DNA of 12,847 bases, from IMG/VR virus record IMGVR_UViG_3300045988_150412; one strand, written 5' to 3'. The notes below the pieces were generated by a model. That model was not told the DNA's origin, made no database searches, and saw nothing but the letters and a program-made list of their open reading frames with translations. This DNA comes from a virus. Positions 7,406 through 12,847 of the stretch are shown here, piece after piece (the first letter of the stretch is position 1; each line of letters begins with the position of its first letter). A program made the position numbers and the translations under genes.

Positions 7406-8490
7406 GATCCGCACCATATGACGTAATTTCTCACAAGATCACCGACTTCGTTGTCTTGGTAGAAAATCTTATCATTAGAAAACAGCGCATGAATCTTTTT
7501 TTCAATTTTAGTTACCGGTCTTAAAATTGATCGTCTCCAATTGGGGCGCGGATCATAATCCGGGCTGTATATGAGGTCACCATCAGGATCTTTCAATTCG
7601 GTTGTTTTTCTATGAATATATATAAATGTACTCTCTTCCACATTGACACACTCACATTGAAGCATTTCGTCGTTAAATAATATGAAAAAGGTGAAATCTA
7701 CGTTTACAGGTGTATACTTGATAGGGCAATGAGGATAAATATCAAGCTCCCAAACACCTGTTTTTATCATTTGCAATTTAGGATTATCAAATGCAAAATA
7801 AGTATCTGAAGCTTTACCACCTTGCCCCGCCGCGGTAGCGCAATATTCAACGGCGACACGAAGATCAGAAGATCCGTATGTGTATAGGTCAATGTCTCCG
7901 GGCTTCATTTGTTTAACGTGTGTTAGCCCCATTTCTGAAAAATAGGGGCAATATTGGTTAACCGTATTGCCGCACATGAAAATCTTCACGTTGCTTCTGT
8001 GCCGAATAATCGTGCTTAAACAATTCATGAATAGCACGAACTCATCTGGAAGATACGCGCGTCGTGTCAAAAATTCATCGAATAAAACAGTTGTAATATT
8101 TGGGAATGACGAACTTTTGTCATGTTCCATTGAAGAAATTGAAAACCCGAAAGCAAAGGGGTCTTCGTCCCTTATTACATTCTTCGGATCGTCAGGATCT
8201 TTAAATTGGAGCCACCAACGTCCCGAATAATAATAAACGCTGTTCCATGCGCCATTTGTCAGCCGCTCCACAGCTCCCGTTTCAATGTGGCCGTCAAAGA
8301 GAGATGCGCCGCGTTTACCTTTCAAGTCATCCTGCCATCTTCTTATTATTGCCGTTTGTTCGTGATACTTGGAGTACCGATCTAATGCGTATTCAAGAAC
8401 GGCGTAGGTCTTGCCGTTCGATCTTTCACCAAAGATCATATTATATTGAGCTTTTTTGCTCAATATCTTTTTTAGTCTGTAAAATTTCAT
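7396..8490 (-). CDS. DNA packaging (encapsidation) ATPase, phi29 gp16-like, 364 aa.
   Basis: Walker A 'GERSNGKTYA' at residues 21-30, matching phi29 gp16 'GARGIGKSYA'. Walker B block 'NITTVLFDEFLTRR' matches 'NVSTIVFDEFIREK'. 'VKIFMCGNTVNQYCPYF' matches 'VRCICLSNAVSVVNPYF'. RBS 'AGGGGT'. Overlaps the polymerase 3' end by 50 nt. Confidence 0.8.
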   Translation of the reverse strand: MKFYRLKKILSKKAQYNMIFGERSNGKTYAVLEYALDRYSKYHEQTAIIRRWQDDLKGKRGASLFDGHIETGAVERLTNGAWNSVYYYSGRWWLQFKDPDDPKNVIRDEDPFAFGFSISSMEHDKSSSFPNITTVLFDEFLTRRAYLPDEFVLFMNCLSTIIRHRSNVKIFMCGNTVNQYCPYFSEMGLTHVKQMKPGDIDLYTYGSSDLRVAVEYCATAAGQGGKASDTYFAFDNPKLQMIKTGVWELDIYPHCPIKYTPVNVDFTFFILFNDEMLQCECVNVEESTFIYIHRKTTELKDPDGDLIYSPDYDPRPNWRRSILRPVTKIEKKIHALFSNDKIFYQDNEVGDLVRNYVIWCGSKK

Positions 8491-10603
8491 TTATACCCCT
8501 TTTTAAATAATCTTTAAACTCGCGCGCAAATGTCATGTCATAAGACGCACCGGAAAGATGCACACTGCTGTACTCATGATAATACCCCTCATTGCCGGCA
8601 TAATCAACAACATGTCCCTCCTGCTCGCGGTCAATATAAGTATGTATATTCTTCCCCGTTGCTTCTTCAGGGAAAAAAAGCCCCTCTTTAAATAGATCGA
8701 ACGGATCGCGATCTTTCGACAATAGCCAAGGCACGGCTTTTTTCTTATTAACGCCAGATACTGTGATAGATAATTCACCGTCAATTTCAGTCATATACCT
8801 TTTAGCCCCCAAGGTTTTAAACCTTGTATACGTACCTTCATATTCCCACACACCCAAAGGCTTGGACTGGCCTTTAATGGTTCGGGGCGCGGCTTTCGTC
8901 TCGTCTATTTTATGATATTTTAACGCATTTTTTACACGCTTTTGTATATCGGCATTATATCGTTCAAAATAATCCATATGCTTTTCCGCGTTTATAAATT
9001 TAACTGAATCCGTATCGCTGTAAACATAATCTTGACCTAATTCGTATATCGCGGAAAAGAGGTTCCGGCGCGCGTATGCCGTTACCCACACCCCCCAAAG
9101 GTAAGACAAGAACCTGCCTTTTGAGTTGTTGTATTTTTCTATTTCCTCTGAAACATCGGCGCTCTTCCTGCACCAGCCATTCACATTATAGATATTTTCA
9201 TCTCGGCAAATGTCTGTTACACACATGCCGTAAGCAGAATTTATATCTTGCTTTGCTAGCAAATAATCCAATTCCGAACCTTCCACCCCCTTGAGTGTGG
9301 TTTTTGATTCGTACAATGTTATAATTTCGTTCACAAAATCAGTCGGTAAATGCCCCCTGCGATATACAAACATCATCCCCACAGCCATGTGTTCCCATTG
9401 GTAGAATTTTTCTAATGTGAAAAAATCTTGTTCAGTTAAAGATGTGTAGACCGTATCAGCCCACACCACACGACCGTTATTGATCTGTCGCGATCCCTCT
9501 ATTTTACATTTCGACGCTGAAAGTGGATTGTCGTGCCAAAGGCGCGGTGTCAAGCCTTCAAACTTAATATTAAACATGCAACAGTATTTTTTCAAATACC
9601 GCCTAAATTCTAACTTATTTTCAGGTTCCACCCTTTGACCCTTTGACATGGGGAAAAGTTCGGACACCATAACCGTTGGATATGATGACGCAAGATCATA
9701 TGACGCAACATCATTGACCGTGACCCCCACATATTTATAATGCGCATGAGTGAATCCGCCTTGAAATGCGGATTTCGCGAGCTCATACTCTTCAGGCTCT
9801 AATGTTAACCTGCTCATTAATTTATGATTGTTCAACCATTTATAAGGCGAATCCTTAGTCTGCCGGGTGCAGGCACGCCTAAACCTGCGGCGCACATATC
9901 CGGTTTTAGTTAGCGGAATCTTCCAAATATATCCACCTTCGGTTTGCATTTTTTCGTAAATACCTGCTTGTACTATTTGAATATCTCTGATGCAATACCC
10001 GATTTCTTTATCGGTCAGTATTGTGTCGGAATGTCTGACTTTTGAATAATCGAGATCCCCGGTCAGCTTCTCCATTTTAACGTGTGTGAAATGTTTACTC
10101 CAATCATCCAGAGAGTATCCTGTCAAAATGTATGAGCAACGGAACTCTACACCGTCCACCGTGCGGGCTTTAATCGGTTTTCGATCATCAAGAGCGAAGA
10201 CATTAGCCCACTCAAATCGTTGACAAATAAACTGAAATTCGTAACTTAAATTATGCACGTATACAACCATTCTAAAAGTGTCGCCAAGATTGAACATCCG
10301 AACCAAACGGCTTATTAAAATGTCGAATTGCTCCCAAGTTCGGCCGTAGATGTTCACGCCGCTTATACCAAACTGCCATACGTACATAAACGCGACCTTT
10401 TCACCGCCTAACGTGTATGTGCTTGTTGTCTCAATGTCAAAAGCCGCGGGCGCGTTCAACCAGCAGACCTTTTTTGTGTCTTTAGAAAATCCCAAATTTA
10501 GAGATTTTATGCGATCTATGAAGATATTCAATTGATTAAAACTGTAAACCTCAGTCAAGAGGTTTGAAGAAGTCGCTAACTGATGCCCGATCTGCATAGC
10601 CAT
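8441..10603 (-). CDS. Protein-primed family-B DNA polymerase with 3'-5' exonuclease, ~720 aa.
   Basis: Exo I 'FDIETTS'. Exo II 'YVHNLSYEF'. Exo III 'YCIRDIQI'. Motif A 'YDLASSYPT' (Dx2SxYP). Motif B 'KQDINSAYG' (Kx3NSxYG). Motif C 'YVYSDTDS'. KxY 'GAKRYM'. The track start at 10606 is GTG, and the first ATG is at 10603. Its 5' end overlaps the upstream ORF. Confidence 0.95.
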   Translation of the reverse strand: MAMQIGHQLATSSNLLTEVYSFNQLNIFIDRIKSLNLGFSKDTKKVCWLNAPAAFDIETTSTYTLGGEKVAFMYVWQFGISGVNIYGRTWEQFDILISRLVRMFNLGDTFRMVVYVHNLSYEFQFICQRFEWANVFALDDRKPIKARTVDGVEFRCSYILTGYSLDDWSKHFTHVKMEKLTGDLDYSKVRHSDTILTDKEIGYCIRDIQIVQAGIYEKMQTEGGYIWKIPLTKTGYVRRRFRRACTRQTKDSPYKWLNNHKLMSRLTLEPEEYELAKSAFQGGFTHAHYKYVGVTVNDVASYDLASSYPTVMVSELFPMSKGQRVEPENKLEFRRYLKKYCCMFNIKFEGLTPRLWHDNPLSASKCKIEGSRQINNGRVVWADTVYTSLTEQDFFTLEKFYQWEHMAVGMMFVYRRGHLPTDFVNEIITLYESKTTLKGVEGSELDYLLAKQDINSAYGMCVTDICRDENIYNVNGWCRKSADVSEEIEKYNNSKGRFLSYLWGVWVTAYARRNLFSAIYELGQDYVYSDTDSVKFINAEKHMDYFERYNADIQKRVKNALKYHKIDETKAAPRTIKGQSKPLGVWEYEGTYTRFKTLGAKRYMTEIDGELSITVSGVNKKKAVPWLLSKDRDPFDLFKEGLFFPEEATGKNIHTYIDREQEGHVVDYAGNEGYYHEYSSVHLSGASYDMTFAREFKDYLKRGINEILQTKKDIEQKSSI

Positions 10604-11126
10604 CACTCAAACTTTCGTATATTTGTTTAACGTAATCCATCACGTCAACATTTTCCAAATCTTCTATTTCACGCAGTTCAGTTTGGAGTTGAGAAGATCC
10701 GTAATCTTTATTTAACTCAACCCCCATTTCAGATTCAATTTTTCGGTACAAATCCCAGTAAGCTTTAGCGCGCGCAAGCTTGTTTTCCTCTGATCCGGAT
10801 ATAGCGCCGGCTGTTTCTTGAACGAACTTCTTATAAGACTTAGCGCCGGCCACTGATGCGGTTTCCTTAGACGCGAACGATTGTATACGATTCAATTCCC
10901 GCAATAATTCATTGCGGTTTTTTCCGCGCGTTCCGAAGTGCGCCCCTCCGCTTCTTTCAAGCCCCTTAACGGCGGGCGCGTAATCAGCATATTTTCCTAA
11001 ATTTTTTATGCGCTTGTTTAGAGGTGCAGCTCCCACTTGAACAACTTTCGCGAGCTCGGCGCGGCTAAGCTTTGAAGCCTGTTCCATATTTAGATTTAAC
11101 ACATCCGCAAGATTCTGAATCCTCAT
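10551..11126 (-). CDS. Candidate terminal (priming) protein, 191 aa from ATG 11126. The track begins it at GTG 11135.
   Basis: Lies immediately upstream of the polymerase and overlaps it, as phi29 gene 3 does with gene 2. Basic, HTH-like N-terminus (LSRAELAKVV, KRIKNLGK) and an acidic Ser/Asp-rich C-terminus. No other ORF of terminal-protein size sits next to the polymerase. Confidence 0.4.
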   Translation of the reverse strand: MRIQNLADVLNLNMEQASKLSRAELAKVVQVGAAPLNKRIKNLGKYADYAPAVKGLERSGGAHFGTRGKNRNELLRELNRIQSFASKETASVAGAKSYKKFVQETAGAISGSEENKLARAKAYWDLYRKIESEMGVELNKDYGSSQLQTELREIEDLENVDVMDYVKQIYESLSDGYADRASVSDFFKPLD

Positions 11127-11310
11127 CTTGAACACCCCACTTATCGATGTATATAAACGCCATAGACGACCTTGGTGTTAAACCCCGTTCAGCTCGGGAT
11201 AATGCCGCGACCGTCACTTTATACTCATAACTTAACTCAGATAAAGAGAGACCCGCATTTCTGCGGGCTTCTCTGCATTTACTCCAAAATTCTGGCGAAC
11301 GTTTAACCAT
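11065..11310 (-). CDS. Small HTH DNA-binding protein, sigma-70 region-4-like, 81 aa. Putative transcriptional regulator.
   Basis: 'AGLSLSELSYEYKVTVAALSRAERG' fits the sigma region 4 / LuxR-type HTH pattern (GLS..EIA...G.S..TV...L.RA). TAATG overlap with the upstream gene. Overlaps the downstream terminal-protein candidate by ~60-70 nt in another frame. Confidence 0.5.
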   Translation of the reverse strand: MVKRSPEFWSKCREARRNAGLSLSELSYEYKVTVAALSRAERGLTPRSSMAFIYIDKWGVQDEDSESCGCVKSKYGTGFKA

Positions 11311-11690
11311 TATCCCACCACCTTCACCGTGGTGATGTTGCGGCCGGCCTTAGTCTTAGTCTCTTCAAGTTGAACCTTAACGCCGCCGGACGATTCGAGA
11401 TCTTCGGACGCGCTGGAAATGTCACCCTCGTACATTTCAACCCACGAAAGAGCGATCTTTGTTAGCACTGTCCCCCCGAAGTAGTACACATGTTCATCTT
11501 CGGCGATGGTGAAGACAGGGAAGGTGTTGCCATTGATATTTAACATATCAAACCGATTTAAGGTGATGCCTTCGGCATATGATGCGATCAAATCTGACGT
11601 GGAAACCTTCTGCCGTCCCTCCATTAAGGGGCTTAACTCTGTCGCCTTCTGCGCTTGTGCTGTGAATTTTGAAATTGCGTTTTGGATCAT
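11310..11690 (-). CDS. Hypothetical early protein, 126 aa. Weak resemblance to the phi29 p5 single-stranded DNA-binding protein in size, position and C-terminus.
   Basis: RBS 'AGAGAGGA'. 126 aa against 124 aa for phi29 p5. C-terminal 'VKVQLEETKTKAGRNITTVKVVG' loosely matches recalled p5 '...FKVKVVQGTSSKGNVFF'. Sits at the position of phi29 gene 5 in the early operon. Confidence 0.25.
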   Translation of the reverse strand: MIQNAISKFTAQAQKATELSPLMEGRQKVSTSDLIASYAEGITLNRFDMLNINGNTFPVFTIAEDEHVYYFGGTVLTKIALSWVEMYEGDISSASEDLESSGGVKVQLEETKTKAGRNITTVKVVG

Positions 11691-11737
11691 TTTTAATCCT
11701 CTCTTTCTCCCCGTTTTGCCGTTAGGTCAGCAATTTA

Positions 11738-12040
11738 TCATTCGAAAATCTGTAAAATTAAATCATGGTAATCATTGTTGTACACTTTGAAAGTCCTTCC
11801 TTTACAATCTCTAGTCATCCTCTCGCCTACGATTTTTAAAGATCTGTCCCAACGCGCCAAAATAGTGAACTCGTCCGGGATGTGGCAATCGCCGTCGACA
11901 ACGGGGATCGTGATCTGATCATCAAGATCTGATAATACAGCAACTTTTAAATTCAAGTATTCATCATCGCGACCGATGAATACCAGCGAGCCGCTCAATG
12001 TGTTGAACTTGACCCTTTTATAATCACATAAAGTCTTCAT
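11738..12040 (-). CDS. Hypothetical early protein, 100 aa.
   Basis: Strong RBS 'TAAGGAGGCGG'. ATGA start/stop overlap with the upstream gene. No recognisable motif. Confidence 0.55.
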   Translation of the reverse strand: MKTLCDYKRVKFNTLSGSLVFIGRDDEYLNLKVAVLSDLDDQITIPVVDGDCHIPDEFTILARWDRSLKIVGERMTRDCKGRTFKVYNNDYHDLILQIFE

Positions 12041-12414
12041 ACTAGTGCCGCCTCCTTAAGGTCAAAATTGGGGATTTCTATGCCGTAAAAACGTTTTTTC
12101 CAGATGAATGCCATAGCTTTCGCCCAAGCATCTGGGCATAGACGCATGACGCTGGGGGTGTGGTGAGGGAATACGTCACCCACCACGCTATTTTCAAAAA
12201 CTCCGTCCATGATCTGAGCATTCGCTCGTTCCTCGGCTGCCTTCCAATCTTCTGCCTCCAATATCAAGAGGCTGTATAAATTCGACCCGGTGACGTCTGC
12301 ATTAAGCACCACCGTCGCCGTGCCGCCCCAGTCAATGAACGCGCGTGACGGGCTGAACGACTCCCTTTGACGGTGCCCTTTTGCGCCGAAAACTGCGAAC
12401 GTATAAAATTTCAT
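12037..12414 (-). CDS. Hypothetical early protein, 125 aa from ATG 12414. The track extends it to 12447.
   Basis: RBS 'AGAGAGGAGGAA' lies directly before ATG 12414, which overlaps the upstream 49-aa ORF stop in an ATGA arrangement. The longer start at 12447 has no RBS. Confidence 0.55.
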   Translation of the reverse strand: MKFYTFAVFGAKGHRQRESFSPSRAFIDWGGTATVVLNADVTGSNLYSLLILEAEDWKAAEERANAQIMDGVFENSVVGDVFPHHTPSVMRLCPDAWAKAMAFIWKKRFYGIEIPNFDLKEAALV

Positions 12415-12563
12415 TTCTGTTCCTCCTCTCTTGCGGCTTCGTGCCAAGAAATCAAATCCTTAATGTGATTCATGGCGCGCCATTCTTCATAGGTGATCTT
12501 CAGGATCTCTGTGCTCATGAGCGCGTCATACAAGGCATCACAAGCTCTTTCAATTTTAGTCAT
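12414..12563 (-). CDS. Hypothetical small early protein, 49 aa (MTKIERACDALYDALMSTEILKITYEEWRAMNHIKDLISWHEAAREEEQK). It is not in the ORF track.
   Basis: Strong RBS 'GAAAGGAGATG' 6 nt before ATG (reverse complement of 12561-12563). It is the first gene after the right-end promoter. Its stop overlaps the next ATG. Confidence 0.5.
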
Positions 12564-12588
12564 GATTAACATCTCCTTTCTATATTAT

Positions 12589-12618
12589 ATTATATCACGA
12601 AAAACAACACTTTTGCAA
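12589..12618 (-). promoter_or_regulatory. Leftward promoter for the replication and early operon: TTGCAA, an 18-nt spacer, then an extended -10 TGaTATAAT.
   Basis: On the minus strand, TTGCAA at 12613-12618, an 18-nt spacer, 'TGa' at 12595-12597 and TATAAT at 12589-12594. The RBS and 49-aa ORF start about 25 nt downstream. Confidence 0.5.
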
Positions 12619-12632
12619 TACTTTTTGCAATG
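12608..12632. promoter_or_regulatory. Tandem 11-12-bp direct repeat 'cttttgcaata' / 'ctttttgcaatg'. Each copy contains the palindromic TTGCAA. Candidate operator that overlaps the -35 of the leftward promoter.
   Basis: Direct reading of 12608-12632. Confidence 0.4.
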
Positions 12633-12658
12633 TTTTTTATGTGTTATTTATATGTACT

Positions 12659-12847
12659 TTTCCGTGTCAACCCCAACGCCTAACCAATGTTTAATTAAAA
12701 ACACTTACACCCAAAATATATACAATCATATTATACACGCCCATTATCATAAAACTATGCACATCTGTTTTATATACACCCATCATCCTAAAAATGTGCA
12801 CAGTTGTTTTAATTATGCGTGTTTGGAAAAGGGGGGGGGGAGGGGAG
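12659..12847. repeat. Right inverted terminal repeat, 189 bp, a mirror copy of 1..189.
   Basis: Direct comparison of the window end with the reverse complement of the window start. The terminal 'ggggggggggaggggag' mirrors the 5' 'ctcccctcccccccccc'. Confidence 0.95.

Noticed and set aside
12659-12682. The inward-facing TTGACA in the right ITR as the early promoter.
   Set aside because: No acceptable -10 hexamer lies at 16-18 nt spacing. The best downstream hexamer is 'ATAACA'. A better TTGCAA-18-TGaTATAAT promoter lies 40 nt further in.
1-12847. Tectivirus, polinton-like or pipolin identity, since those also have ITRs and a protein-primed PolB.
   Set aside because: The connector-like (gp10) and gp16-type ATPase genes, a fiber with tail-fibre repeats, and the absence of an FtsK/HerA-type ATPase or a double-jelly-roll capsid signature all point to a tailed phi29-like podovirus. 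I cannot exclude this without profile searches.

Overview
The whole window reads as one complete linear replicon of 12,847 bp bounded by perfect 189-bp inverted terminal repeats (1..189 is the reverse complement of 12659..12847). It has two convergent operons that meet at a bidirectional terminator at 7376..7405. A near-consensus sigma-A promoter at the left ITR boundary drives a rightward virion and lysis operon: a small membrane protein, a phi29 gp10-like head-tail connector, a 599-aa fiber with 129-bp tandem repeats, a putative major capsid protein, a 153-aa protein, a 614-aa tail-knob-like protein and an Amidase_2 endolysin. A promoter just inside the right end drives a leftward operon: four small early genes, a sigma-region-4-like HTH protein, a candidate terminal protein, a family-B protein-primed DNA polymerase and a phi29 gp16-like packaging ATPase. 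The polymerase call rests on clear Exo I/II/III, Dx2SxYP, Kx3NSxYG, YxDTDS and KxY motifs. The connector and ATPase calls rest on similarity to phi29 gp10 and gp16, which I recalled from memory and did not search. Taken together this is a very compact phi29/Cp-1-like (Salasmaviridae-type) podovirus genome, or a linear phage-plasmid, from a low-GC Firmicute. Shine-Dalgarno sites are of the GGAGG type, and the endolysin resembles XlyA/PlyL with an SLH-like tail. Gene packing is very tight, with ATGA and TAATG overlaps, and no non-coding space is left for a canonical packaging RNA.
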